Positions 1 to 13,224 of a stretch of DNA of 64,000 bases are shown one piece after another. The position numbers and the translations under genes are program-made. Below the pieces are notes generated by a model. It had not been told where the DNA came from and searched no databases. It saw only the letters and a program-made list of their open reading frames with translations. How positions within the stretch are numbered: the stretch's first letter is position 1; every line of letters begins with the position of its first letter. The stretch is from Octopus sinensis (lineage: Eukaryota). The stretch spans positions 39,308,001-39,372,000 of the forward strand of contig NC_043003.1 of assembly GCF_006345805.1 (NCBI RefSeq), read 5' to 3'.

Positions 1-273
1 ACCACCCTATAACGACGTGACCAACATACCAGTCTGGTTTCGGGCTATTTCTGCTTCTCTTCATAACTGTACACTTCGTCTGCAAGAGAAGGCACCTCTG
101 CTCGCAATATATGTAAATTCAAGTGACATATGTTGCAAAATCACCGTACAAATTCCTAAGTGGGTACAAAACTGGAGTGAAGAAAATTCATATAGAATTT
201 AAAAAATGGTTTCTAGTTGAGAATATTTGGGCCTCTATTGGTCATTTCAAGTTTCGTCGACATATATGCGTAA

Positions 274-485
274 GGCGGCGAGCTGACAGAAACGTTAGCA
301 CGCCGGGCGAAATTCTTGGCGTTATTTCGTCTGTCTTTACGATCTGAGTTCAAATTCCGTCGAGGTCAACTTCGTCTTTCATCCTTTCGGGGTCGATAGA
401 TTAAGTACCAGTTGTGTACTAGGGTCGATGTAATCGACTGGCCCCCTTCTCCAAAATTTCGGGCTTTGTACCTAGAGTGGAAGAA
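274..485 (+). mobile_element. tRNA-derived SINE, family A (octopus-type)
   Basis: Head GGCGGCGAGCTGACAGAAACGTTAGC (box A-like), box B GAGTTCAAATTCC, body GGGGTCGAT...AAGTACCAGTT...GGTCGATGTAATCGACT shared with many copies in the window. Confidence 0.9.
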
Positions 486-568
486 AAAAAAGGATATATA
501 TGCGTGAGTATCTGTATGTACCTCCGTGTGTGTGTATGTGTGTGTGTGTGTGTGTGTGCGCGTGCGTT

Positions 569-610
<42 letters not shown>

Positions 611-779
611 ATAAATTCATTTCCGCTTGAGTATGCTGGAAAAACGTACTTATGATATATTTTATGAATTTTACCGTCACCTTGACTTTTCTTTTAGTAT
701 TGTAACAACTTGTCACTTGTTGGTAAGGCTGACCCGTAGAGCACATATAGAGCTCTCGCAGACAGCTTTACTGTGAAAG

Positions 780-1250
780 TTGGTTTAAAATGATACGTCT
801 TCAGTGATGTTGTGTCGGAAATCAAGCGGAGAGAAATAGGATGGCGAGATATTTTTATCTGAGTAAAGCATGTTATCTGTCGTTAAATTTGTTGGTTATT
901 CGGTTTACCTTGTATATGAAAGCACATACATAAGGATGTCATCAGTAAATTTGAAGAACAAAGCGCAGGAATAACAGTTCTGGACCATATATGCATCGGC
1001 TTGTCAACCGACAGACTTGAACCCATAGGTCGTCTGGGTATTTGATTATATCTGGATTCTCCAAGATTAATAGTACTGCTCACTTAAATAGTCAGAAGTT
1101 GGTTTGAGGATGTGAGGTAAATTCTCTTTAGGCTAAAGGTAAATCTGTTGTCGTAGGTTAATATTATTCAGACAGCTTATGACATCATTGGATCTGTCGT
1201 AAAGGACGAAAATTTTAGACATAAATCAGGATATTTTCAGTGCAAGAGAC
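780..1250 (-). pseudogene. Degenerate Penelope-like reverse transcriptase remnant
   Basis: Minus-strand translation with frameshifts and stops gives, in the right order, SNDVISCLNNI (cf. SFDVxSLFTNI), YNQIPRRPMGSSLS (cf. YxQxxGxxMGSxLS) and FFKFTDDILM (cf. RYxDD). Confidence 0.55.
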
Positions 1251-1683
1251 AATGTGTTTAATTTTACCCTGTTTTGGAGATTGCGCGTTTAAATGAACTA
1301 GTAGAAGGCAAGTTGTTTGCTATTTCTAGTGATTAAATGTTATGCGATTTTACTGAAGAATTCTCCATGATTTTAAAACTTCCTTCAAAGGGTACCCTAA
1401 TTTCCTGTCTGGCAAGCGGTATCGTCGGTGACTTTTTAATAAAGAAATTTTGCGTTTGTTTTCACTGAAGCAGTGAACCTACATTATAGTTGCTTTTTAA
1501 AATGTATTAATATTATGTTTGTACACGTGTGTTTATGTGTGTGTAAAAATTAAGTACCGTTAACTTTTGAATTCTTCACATCGCATTCTTCACCTGCACA
1601 ACTTTGCTTGCTTGCGCACATATACACATCCACTCACTCACACACACACACACCACCACACACACACACACACACACACACAC

Positions 1684-1719
<36 letters not shown>

Positions 1720-3139
1720 ACACACACTCATACACACACTGTACATGTTTTGCAATTTAAAAATATGCTCATACATTTTCCATATTTTTATCACTCAAAA
1801 TAGCAGATGCAATAGTTGGCACGCTATAGTCACTATTATGCTGACATCTGCTATTGTTTGTTAACAATGTATTTGCAGGGTAGAGCAATAGTTCTCACAA
1901 CTCATTAGCTTTTATCTAGCACTTAGCAAAGCGAACAAGTCATGTGACTGCTCGTACTGTACTTAACTGTTGCGTAGCACACTCCCGAACCCGCAACGTT
2001 CAGGACTTGTTACCTGCCTATTGTTTGAATAAATGTTCGGTTTTATCTTTGGTAGATTGGTAATTAGAAACGGGACTGAATAGACTAATTAGAGACGATG
2101 AGGGCAAGCAGATATTTCAATAATTATAGTAATAACAACAACATCAATAACAACGCGACACACAGAGACATAAAACACATACTCACGCATGCACACACAC
2201 ACACACGCACACACACACACACACACAACACACACACACACACACACACGGGGAGCAGCTTCCTTTTCAAAACGTTATACTGGAGAAACAGCTACATACA
2301 TGTTTAGTTTTTTATTATTAAAGTTATTAAAGTGCATGTGTGTGTGTGTGGTGTGTGTGTGTGTGTGTGTGCGTGATGCACGCTGTATGTATGTATGTAT
2401 GTATGTATGTATGTATGTATGTATGTATGTATGCAAGCATGTATGTATTTATATTTGTATTTCTAATTCTGAGAAAATAACATTTAACTATATATATATA
2501 TGTACAGCGGTTTAAAAAGTCAGCATTTTGCGAAATTCGAAGTAACTGTCAACTGTTTTTAACACCCACAGACAAACGCAGATTCAGACTCACTGACCAC
2601 ACACACACACACACACGCACGCACGCACACACACACGCACATACACACATACACGCGACGGGCGGACGGCGAACGCCGAGCTAAGGCATGCGCCTTGATG
2701 TTGAGACGCTTTTGGAAACCAACTCGGGTCCGGCTTCGGTTCCGGCTTAGAGGCGTTCAGCTGTTATCGCTCAGAGGATATACTGTGAACTATGAATTGT
2801 GATTTATTGTGTTCTAAAAAATCCGACGTTTCAGACTATTGTACTGCCTTACAGTCTTTCTACAATCACCGTATTATCTTCTATATTTTTTATTACTGAA
2901 AAACGTCGATTATTCGAAACGTTAGATATTTCACCACAAACGGCATTTCAACTCATTTTTATTTTTTACCGTTTTTAATCGTCCTTGATTAGTTTATTTT
3001 GCACGTAACAGATTGGGATGAAGATAATAAGGTTCGTGACAATCAACCGTTTGATAGGAGGCTCGAATCCCGCCATTAGGTCAGACTTATGCATGCAGAC
3101 AACGTAGTTATATTTATGGTTGTAAAAAATAAAAGGGTA

Positions 3140-3647
3140 AAGGTTTGGGATATCACATACTAAAGTTTTGAAGTGTGTATATGCATGTTTGCAAGAACGT
3201 GTGAGTGTATCTATGTAGCGCCTGTGTGTGAGTAGTGTAGCGTGGCATAGTGTAGAAGTGTGCGTGTCTGTGTGCTTCGTGATACGTATATATGAATGTG
3301 TGAGTTGTGGTGATATGTGTATGCGTGTGTGTTCTGTGTCATGTGTAAGTGTGTATGCGTTGTGTGGTTTGTTAATGTGCACGTTTTGATACGGTTTGTG
3401 TTAATGGCTGTGCGTTGTGTGATGTGTATATTTGTGTAGTATGATGTGTGTATTTGAGTGTTGTGTATTGCATATGTCTGTGTTAATACTGTGCTTGGTG
3501 TGCCCCAGGGTTTATTGTAATGTGTGCATAGTTTTGTCCATGGAGTCTCTGTGTAATGTGGTAGGTGTGTGAATGTTGTATGTGTATGTTGCTTGAGTCT
3601 GTGTGAGTGTGCGTATTATATGTGCACTGTGCATTGTGTGTGTGTGT
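3140..3647. repeat. Degenerate (TG)-rich simple repeat
   Basis: Long decayed GT/TG dinucleotide tract; explains ORF 2975..3382. Confidence 0.8.
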
Positions 3648-4030
3648 GGAGGCGCAATGGCCCAGTGGTTAAGGCGGCGGACTCGCGGTCGTAGGATCGC
3701 GGTTTCGATTCCCAGACCAGACGTTGTGAGTGTTTATTGAGCGAAAATACCTAAAGCTCTACGAGGCTCCGGCAAGGGGTGGTGGCGAACCCTGCTGTAT
3801 TCTTCCACCACAACTTTCTCTCACTCTTTCTTCCTGTTTCTGTTGTACCTGTATTTCAAAGGACCGGCCTTGTCACACTGTGTAACGCTGACTCTCCCCG
3901 AGAACTACGTTAAGGGTACACGTGTCAGTCGAGTGCTCAGCCACTTGTACGTTAATTTCACGAGCAGGCTGTTCTGTTGATTGGATCGACTGGAACCCTT
4001 GTCGTCGTAACCGACGGAGTTCCACGACGA
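3648..4030 (+). mobile_element. Full-length tRNA-derived SINE, distinct family, inserted in (TG)n
   Basis: tRNA-like head GGAGGCGCAATGGCCCAGTGGTTAAGGCGGCGGAC...GGTTTCGATTCCC with boxes A and B, ~300 bp body, TG repeats on both flanks. Confidence 0.8.
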
Positions 4031-4924
4031 CGATTGTGTGTGTGTGTGTGTGCGTGTGTGTGTGTCTGTGTGTGTTGTGTGTGCGTGTGTGTGTATGTGT
4101 ACGTGTAGCTGTAATATGGATCTTTAGTTATTACCTACTAAGTGCATGGAAACAAAATGGCTTAGTGGATAGGCAATTGGTCTATTAACTCATGGTTCAT
4201 GAGTTCACTTCCGCTTCAGAAAATTATGTGATCGTTTTAGAAGAAACAAACAAAAGGCTAAATTCTACGTTACCTTAATTCAAGCCTTGCTGTTAGTTGT
4301 TTATAATTTTGGTAAAATGCAAGCAATTTTTAGCAGAGGGAAGTTGATTATATCGACCCCTGTGTTCAAAAGTATTTATTTTATCCAACCCTATAGAATG
4401 ACTGATACAGTGGATCTTGGCGTGATTTGAACTCAAAAATTCTACTAAACATTTTGTCTGGCGCAGTAGTGTTTCTGCCAGCTCACCTTACACCTGGCTG
4501 TCAGTAGGTACAGGTAAAAGATCAATATGTCAGGAAATATTAGGAAGTGATAGGCTGGTGTCTTATCCTCGAGATTTTTCTTTAATCCCACGAAAATGTA
4601 CCTAAAACATCGGTCCGTAAAAATTTAACCAGCACTTAAGGGCACTTGAATATATACAAGTTCAATCTGTTTGGAAATATCAATTAGTGATTGGCTAGTG
4701 TCCTCCCCTGGAAAAGCTCTGTCTATCATTTATTTTACATCAGGAGAAAATAAATAAAAATGCTTAAAATATTGACTCTGAAAAGGTTAACCTGCACCCA
4801 AGGGACTTTAATATATTTACATATATGTATATTTAAATGGAATGTATGGTATTTGGTTGATGAGAACAATCATCGAACCCGCTCAGCTAAAAAGAAAAAA
4901 AAAAGGGATCAACTAAGTCATTAT

Positions 4925-5500
4925 AATGGTTTCAAATTTTGGTACAAGACCAGTAATTTCGGGGTTGGGGGTCAGTCGATAACATCAACTCCAGTGCCCA
5001 ACTGGTACTTATTTTATCGACCCCGAGAGGATAACAAGTGAAGTCGACCTCGGCGGAATTTGAACTCAAAAGCATAAAGACAAATAAAATACCTATTTCT
5101 TTACTACCCACTAGGGGCTAAACACAGAGAGGACAAACAAACAGATTAAGTCGATTACATCGACCCCAGTGCGTAACTGGTACTTAATTTATCGACCCCG
5201 AAAGGATGAAAGGCAAAGTCGACCTCGGCGGAATTTGAACTCAGAACGTAGTGGCAGACGAAATACCTATTCCTTTACTACCCACAAGGGGCTAAACACA
5301 GAGGGGACAAACAAGGACAGACAAAGTGATTAAGTCGATTACATCGACCCCAGTGCGTAACTGGTACTTAATTTATCGACCCCGAAAGGATGAAAGGTAA
5401 AGTCGACCTCGGCGGAATTTGAACTCAGAACGTAACGGCAGACGAAATACAGCTACGCATTTCGCCCGACGTGCTAACGATTCTGCCAGCTCACCGCCTT
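4925..5500 (-). mobile_element. Family A SINE with about three tandem internal units
   Basis: Reverse-complement head ends near 5500; the ~190 bp body unit (GTCGACCTCGGCGGAATTTGAACTC) recurs at ~5043, ~5218 and ~5402. Confidence 0.9.
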
Positions 5501-5835
5501 AAGAAAATCATTATATAGAGAGAAGAATCTGTGAAGAACAATAATCTCTGGAGTTAAAAACCTACATAACAGCGGTGTAAATATTATATCTCATGTCTCA
5601 GATAACACCAGATATATCACCCTTCTCTCTCTTTTCTCATCGCCCCTCTCTCTAAATATATATCACTCCTCCCTCTGTCCCTTGTCGCTTTCATTCCCAT
5701 CTGCTCATATTTTTCGATACATGCATACATATATGTACACATATATGCATATATACATACACAAACATATATATATACATAAAGATATATATATAGATAG
5801 ATGTGAGCATGTATATATATATAATATATATTTTA

Positions 5836-5882
<47 letters not shown>

Positions 5883-5915
5883 TCACATATCACACACACG
5901 CACTCACACATACAC

Positions 5916-5977
<62 letters not shown>

Positions 5978-6010
5978 CACTCTCTCTCACAAGCACACAC
6001 ACACTCACAA

Positions 6011-6045
<35 letters not shown>

Positions 6046-6294
6046 ACACACACACACAGACATATACATGCACGAACACACCAGTAGCTATAAAATTCAC
6101 TACATGGGTATGTAATTTCATACAGTTAACAATCATAAAGCTGCCCTCATCGCTCCCTCAGATATCTGAAGGTAGAATCATTTCATCCTATTTATTTTTG
6201 TCTATTAATTGCCACCAGTATATGTCTGATGATATATTGCAGCGATGTGTAACTACATTCAGCATTGTAAGCGTGTATGTACCAACACTCACTC

Positions 6295-6366
<72 letters not shown>

Positions 6367-6447
6367 CTGTCTTAATGAATATTGTCGATAGCAAGATGGT
6401 GTTCAGAAACAGTAGAACGCAGTACACAATAATTTCTAATGCCCAAA

Positions 6448-7145
6448 GGCGGCGAGCTGGCAGAAACGTTAGCATGCCGGGCGAAATGCGTAGCCGCATT
6501 TCGTCCGCCGTTACGTTCTGAGTTCAAATTCCGCCGAGGTCGACTTTGCCTTTCATCCTTTTGGGGTCGATTAAATATGTACCAGTTACGCACTGGGGTC
6601 GATATAATCGGCTTAATCCGTTTGTCTGCCCTTGTTTGTCCCCTCTGCGTGTAGCCCCTTGTGGGCAGTAAAGGAATAAGGAACGTTAGTACGCCGGGTG
6701 AAATGCTTCTCGGTATTTCGTCTATTGTGTTTAGCCCCTTGTGGGTAGTAAAGAAATAGGTATTTCGTCTGCCGCTACGTTCTGAGTTCAAATTCCGCCG
6801 AGGTCGATTTTGCCTCTCATCCTTTCGGGGTCGATAAATTAAGTACCAGTTGCGTACTGGAGTCGATATAATCGACTTAATCCGTTCGTCTGTCCTTGTG
6901 TGTCCCCTCTATGTTTAACCCCTTGTGGGCAATAAAGAAATAAGAAACGTTAGCACGTCAGGCAACAAGCTTAGCGGCATCTCGTCCGTCTTTACGTTCT
7001 GAGTTCAAATTCCACCATGGTCGATTTTGCCTTTCATACTTTCGGGGGTCGATAAATTAAGTACCAGTTGCGTACTGAAATCGATCTAATCGACTGGCTT
7101 CCTCTCCAAAAATTTAGGGCCTTGTGGTTAGAGTAGAAAAGAATA
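6448..7145 (+). mobile_element. Family A SINE cluster (tandem units plus extra heads)
   Basis: Head at 6448; box B GAGTTCAAATTCC at ~6519, ~6784 and ~7000. Confidence 0.9.
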
Positions 7146-7309
7146 ATTTCAAATGCTCAGCTACATCTGCTCACTTTCTGAGATCGAGTCACGTTGAAGT
7201 CAACTTTGCTTTTCATCCATATACTGATATCGTTGTGGCACACAGTTGAGATATGTTTGATCACAGGGCTACTCTATCAGGGTTGACCTAAATTCTTTCT
7301 ATTATAGGC

Positions 7310-7690
7310 ACAAAGCCTAAAAGTTTGAGCGAGACGGCTAGTCGATTACATCAATCCCAGTTTTCAAATGGGACTTATTATATATACGAAGAAAAAATGA
7401 AAGGCAAAGTCGACCTTGGCGGTATTTGAACTCAGAACTTAAAGCCAGAAGAAATACTTATTTCTTTATTACCCACAAGGGGCTAAACACAGAAGGGACA
7501 AACAAGGACAGACATAGGTATTAAGTCGATTACATCGACCCCAGAGTGTAACTGGTACTTAATTTATCGACCCCGAGAGGATGAAAGGCAAAGTCGACCT
7601 CGGCGGAATTTGAACTTACGTTGCGCCAGACGAAATACCGCTAAGCATTTCGCCCGGCACGCTAACGTTTCTGCCAGCTCGCCGCCTTAA
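7310..7690 (-). mobile_element. Family A SINE (two units)
   Basis: Reverse-complement body, ending in CTGCCAGCTCGCCGCC at ~7671-7686. Confidence 0.9.
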
Positions 7691-8836
7691 GCCAGAAGAA
7701 ATACCGCTAAGCGCTAGCTTGTCCCTTTGATAAAAGATCTAAATAACAACAACAACAAGGTCACCGTCACCAGTAACCAGTATAACTTGTGATATTACGA
7801 CCAACACCTCCATCATTTTCACAACTATAATAATGATAATAACTGCAACAACGACCACAGCAATAAGGGCAACAACACCAACAGCTATATTTATCTATTA
7901 TTTGTAAAAAAGTGGGGAAAAAAAAGAACAAATTCTCCGATGTAATCTGTTTTCTTGATTTCAAGTTTCTTGTCTGTTTTCTTGGTTTCGATTTTGTCTA
8001 TTGTTTTTAATCAACAAACCAGACAAGCAAACAAATAAGCAACAAAACAGATGAGCAAACCGTTATTGTATGGTTAATTATTGCACTTAGTCATCTCTGC
8101 TGCTGGTTCTGCAACGCTAGCAACTAACGAAACAGATATATTACAGCATCAGTAATTATATAATCATAATAGCATTCTCTCTTTTTCAGACAACTATTGT
8201 ATAGGTTAGTACGCTATGTACATGTATTCAACTATTTCAACCGTTTGAAACAAACGCAGCCGCCATATTGAAGCGTAATACATAATTCTAACAATAGAGA
8301 ATGATAGCTCTTTTTTCTATTATTTTTTTATTTCGTTTCTTTTTTCCATTTTTTTCTTTTTAGCCTTCCATTTTTCTTCCAAGAAGTTCAAAAGAAGAAA
8401 GCACTGAGAGATTTTTAAAATTCTAATGCTATCTAAGTTACAATTCACTTGGTTCTGGATAAGACATTTATCGCAACTTCCACACTCAAACATACCACCT
8501 AGCTACATTCATAATAATATACTTCTTATATCTTTTATCATGTGATATCTTTTACTCGCTGCAGTAATTACACTGCGGTCATACTAGGTCACGACCTTGA
8601 AGGGATTATTCAAACAAGTCGACACCAATACATTTTTTTGTTTTTTACGGGGACATACACAAATCAAAACTTCTTGTCTCACAGCGATAGTTGAACAAAC
8701 ATATTACAAACACAAAAACGCACACATATATACACACACAAACATACATACAAACATACATACATATATATATGTATATACATGTAAGTACATATGTATA
8801 TATATATATATATACATATGTATGTATGTGTGTATA

Positions 8837-8872
<36 letters not shown>

Positions 8873-9040
8873 TGTATGTATGTATGTATGTATGTATGTA
8901 TTTATATATAATACAAAATTGGACGCAAAACATCCGGGGACAACTAGGTGATACAAAAAGGGACAACAAAACATCCAGATAGGCGATACAACAAAACACT
9001 CGAAGCTTTCTATCCTCAGTCAAGAACCGGATCATCCTCG

Positions 9041-9082
<42 letters not shown>

Positions 9083-9109
9083 TTATATATTATTTATATA
9101 TATACATAC

Positions 9110-9270
9110 ATACAATGACCTTCTTTCACTTTCTCTCCACCAATTCCTCTTACAATGCTTTAATCGGTCCGAGGCTATAGTAAAAGACACTTTCCCAAGG
9201 TACCACGCGATATAAATGAATCCGGAGTCATGATTGGGAAGCAAATTTCTTACCACACAGCCACAATATA
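9110..9270 (-). mobile_element. Family B (CORE-like) SINE, 5' half
   Basis: GGTCCGAGGCTATAGTAAAAGACACTTTCCCAAGGTACCACGC...TTACCACACAGCCAC matches the other family B copies. Confidence 0.75.
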
Positions 9271-9274
9271 GATG

Positions 9275-9322
<48 letters not shown>

Positions 9323-9338
9323 TATAGATAGATGGATA

Positions 9339-9454
<116 letters not shown>

Positions 9455-9544
9455 GTGTAACACTATATGTACGTAATGCAAGTTTTAAGTGACAAAATTG
9501 ATGCGTGACAAACTAAAATTGAACATTTTTTTAATCCTTTCTCC

Positions 9545-10019
9545 TCTCTGCTTATTTGTTTACATTTGTCCAAATATTTACTAACATTAAAAGAAAAAAA
9601 ATTCTATTATATTACTGATGTAAGTATATATTAGTGTATAGTTCAAAGTATCGAACACACACTGACTGTTTCTTGCGTCATCTATTAAATATTTGACTAC
9701 GTGTCCCGCGAAAGAAGCCCTTTTATAAACAGGAGAAACCGGATTTTAAGAGTGTGCACATTTGTGTGTGTGGCTGGAGGTGTGAGTGTGTGTGTTTGTG
9801 CGTGTGTCTTTGTGTTTCAGTTTGTCCTGCACCACTGCTTTGAGACCAGTGTTGGTCTGTTTACGTCCTCGTAACTTAGCTGTTCAGCGAAAGAACTTGG
9901 TAGAACTACCAGGCTTAACAATATGTTCTATTTGCTCATCGAAGTCCTTTAAGGCGTTGCCCTAGCATGACTACAGCCCAACGACTGAAACAATTAAAAA
10001 ATAAGATAATATATATTGT

Positions 10020-10067
<48 letters not shown>

Positions 10068-10835
10068 ATATATATATATATATATTATTAGAGAGAGAGA
10101 GAGAGAGAGAGAGATGAGAGCGAGAGAGAGAGAGAGAGAGATATAATACATACATACATACATACATACATACATACATACATACATACATACATGCATT
10201 CTTTTCTACTCCAGACACAAGGTCCGAAATTTTGCGGGAGGGCGCCAGTCGCTTAGATCGACTCCAGTACGCAACTGGTACATAATTTATCGACCTCGAA
10301 AGGATGAAAGGCAAAGTCGACCTCGACGAGATTTAAACTCAGAATGTAAAGACAGACGAAATGCTGATACAAGTTTTTGGCTATTAAATTAATGCATAAA
10401 TAAATAGTCCTTATCTGTTTATTTGCTAACACTTACTTACAGAAAAAATTACATTTTAATGTAAGTATATAATTAGTGTACTGTTCAAAATATCGAACGG
10501 ACACTTACAGTTTCGTGCGTCGTCTATTGAATATTTGGCTACGTGTCTCGTGAAAGAAGCGCTTATATAAACAGGGGATATCGGATTTTAAGTGGTGTGT
10601 GTGAGGGCGGGGACGTCTGCGTGTGTCTTCGTGTTTGTTCCACACCACTGCTTTGAGACCAGTGTTGATTGGTTTATGTCCTCGTAACTTAGCTATTCAG
10701 CTAAAGACACTGACAGAATAAGCACCAGACTTTAAAATATATACTAGGCTCGATTTGCATGACGAAGTCCTTCAAGGCGGTACCACAGCATGACTGCTGA
10801 ACAATGACTAATGCAACTAAAAAATAAATTTCAAA
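9545..10835 (+). repeat. Old tandem duplication (~9545-9995 and ~10405-10835) of unique flank plus SINE tail
   Basis: Diverged copies share ATGTAAGTATATA, TATCGAAC, CTACGTGTC, GAAAGAAGC, CACCACTGCTTTGAGACCAGTGTTG and GTCCTCGTAACTTAGCT in the same order. Confidence 0.8.
10200..10365 (-). mobile_element. Family A SINE fragment
   Basis: GAAAGGATGAAAGGCAAAGTCGACCTCG...AACTCAGAATGTAAAGACAGACGAAAT. Confidence 0.85.
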
Positions 10836-10854
10836 AAATGAATGTTCCTTCTCG

Positions 10855-11080
10855 AGAAATGCCAGGCTTATAAGGGCCGGTTTCCCGGTTTCAGTGGCGT
10901 AAAAATTCCCCATCTGGACGGGACGCCGGTCCGTCGCAGGATTACTCATTTTTGCCAGCTGGAGCAATGTGAAATGAAGTGTTTTGCCTTAGAACACAAC
11001 GCGTCGCCCGGTCCAGGAATCGAAACCACAACCTTACGATCATGAGTTCAACACCCTAACCACTAAGCTACGCGCCTCCA
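10855..11080 (-). mobile_element. tRNA-derived SINE, family C
   Basis: Reverse complement reads GGAGGCGCGTAGCTTAGTGGTTAGGGTGTTG...GGTTTCGATTCCTGGACCGGGCGACGCG; related copies at 12945, 16890, 46255 and 51215. Confidence 0.85.
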
Positions 11081-11984
11081 CAACTAAAAAGTAAAAGATA
11101 ACATACACACACACACAGATATATATATATCAAGAACAATCTTACTTAGAAAGGGATGCGTGCGTTCCGTCATATAATATATTAATAAATAAAACATATG
11201 CATATATATATACATATATGTATGTACCTACATCTACATGTATATATACACGCATATATGAGTACAGGACACCAAAAAAACGTCGAACACAATGAGAAAC
11301 GAAAACATAGACACAAACCCAAGGAACTGGACATTTTTCTTAAACAACAAAAAAATATAGAGTACAGGACAAATAACACAAGGAAAAAAAACCTTCTTCA
11401 GTCGCCATGGTTTCATCTACTCTACGTTTCGAAGGTGAAGGCGAGACATATCTTCGATAGAAACTTTCCTTCCTGCGAAAAGCAAATCATATAAAATTTG
11501 AGATCTTTTTGCAGAGGGGTAAAAATGGTAACAAAAACAGGACAGTAACGACAGTACAAAATATAAGCAGTAAAAGACAGGACAAGGAAAATAACAAGAC
11601 AAGAAGAGCTGTTGAACCGAACGAAAAAAAGTATTACGAACGCTATTTCTGTGGACGGCGAAGGGAGCAAAGAAAATTGCCGTCCACACCTCAAGAAGGT
11701 CAGGCGAGAAAGAAGGTGGCAAGGCTCTCGTCGCGGGTTAACGGCGGGAGGGAGGAGGAGGAGTAAAAGAAAGGGAGAGAAGAAAGGGGAATGGTTGTGA
11801 GGAAACCAGAAAGAATGAAGAATGAGAGAGAGGGAGAGAGAGACCACTGAACTTCCTTCGCACACAAAACCGAGTTACGTGCGTAAGCTAAATGGTGACA
11901 GAGTCTCTTGGCGCAGCGTTGTGAAATACATCTGTGTTGCAGCTGCTTGGAGTTGACTCAAAGGAGGAAAAAAGAATTAACCGC

Positions 11985-12522
11985 CGTTCTTCTTCTTCTT
12001 CTTCTTCTTCTTCTTCTTCTTCTTCTTCTTCTTCTTCTTCTTCTTCTTTTTCTTCTTCTTCTTCTTCTCCTCTTCCTTCTTCTTCTTCTCCTCCTCCTCC
12101 TCCTCCTTCTTCTTCTTCTTTTTATTCTTCTTCTCCTTCATCTCCTCCTCTTTCTACTTCTACTTCTTCTTCTTCTTCTTTTTGTTTTTCTTCTTTTTGT
12201 TGTTGTTGTTGTTGTTGTTCTTCTTCTTCTTCTTCTTCTCCTCCTCCTTCTTCTTCTTCTTTTCTTCTTCTTCTTCTTCCCTTCTCCTCCTTCTTTTTGT
12301 TCTTCTTCTCCTCCTTCTTCTTCTTCTTCTTCATTCTTCTTCCTTCCTTCTTCTTCTCTTCTTATTTCTTCTTTGTCTCTTCTTCTTCTTCTTCTCTCCT
12401 CCTCCTCCTCTTCTTCTCTACTCCTCTCTCTTATTCTCCTCTTATTCTTTTTCTTCTTCTTCTTCTTTTCTTCTTCCTTCTTTCCTTTCTTTCTTCTTTC
12501 ACCTCACACCTCTCCTTTCTCT
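11985..12522. repeat. (TTC/CCT)n polypyrimidine-polypurine tract
   Basis: About 540 bp of nearly pure C/T on the + strand; explains ORFs 11908..12525, 11934..12560 and 12182..12586. Confidence 0.95.
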
Positions 12523-12944
12523 TAGGAGGAAAGCAAGGGACTGTCAGTTCTCAAACTTAAAGAACGACAGACACCGTCAGGCTTAAAATGCTCTGGGCAT
12601 GTCGTATATCACGGTTACGTCTGTACAGCATCTGGATTTGTTGGCCCAATGACGGGATCTTGAAAATGATATCAACATCTACAGGGAAGGCCATATTTCT
12701 TAGACGTCTGATCGTTACAATAAATCATATTTCGCAAATTATTCCTTCATAACTTGTGCATAAGAAGTTTACTTAAAAGCACCATGTAAATAATAGCCAT
12801 AGCGAAATCTAAAACAGTTCTAAAGCGTTTTAAGGCAGTGGTTCCCAAAGTAGTGGCACTGTCCCCTTGAGGGTGGCGATAAGATCCATAGGGGAGTTGA
12901 AGAAAAGTGGGGTGATAATGGGGTAAATTTAACTTTCCTTCCCG

Positions 12945-13165
12945 AGTCATGCTGACTCATAAGGGTCGGTTTCCCGGTCAGCATTGCGTAGAATTACCCC
13001 ACTTAGACGGAAAGCCGGTCCGTTGCAGGGTTACTCATTTTTGTCAGCAGGGTGGACTGGGGCAACGTGAAATGAAGTGTTTTGCTCAAGAACGCAACGC
13101 GTCGCACGGTCCAGGAATCGAAACCACAATCTTACGATCAGGACTCTAACACCCAAACCACAAGG
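12945..13165 (-). mobile_element. Family C SINE nested in the hAT MITE
   Basis: GGTTACTCATTTTTGTCAGC...GAAATGAAGTGTTTTGCTCAAGAAC...GGTCCAGGAATCGAAACCAC. Confidence 0.85.
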
Positions 13166-13224
13166 CTTGGAATGGGAAAAAAGGTGGCGATGGATATAGA
13201 AGAAATTCCAAATAATAGGTTAAT

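Noticed and set aside
3648-3725. tRNA gene candidate
   Set aside because: The tRNA-like head continues into a SINE body with no acceptor-stem closure or poly-T terminator.
11395-11480. Hammerhead-like GAAGG...CCUUC-GAAACGUA on the minus strand; similar partial motifs near 9005, 24865 and 34145
   Set aside because: The 5' core or stem II is missing or decayed; at most dead PLE relics.
11908-12586. Poly-Ser/poly-Leu/poly-Glu ORFs of about 200 aa
   Set aside because: Produced by the (TTC)n tract in every frame.
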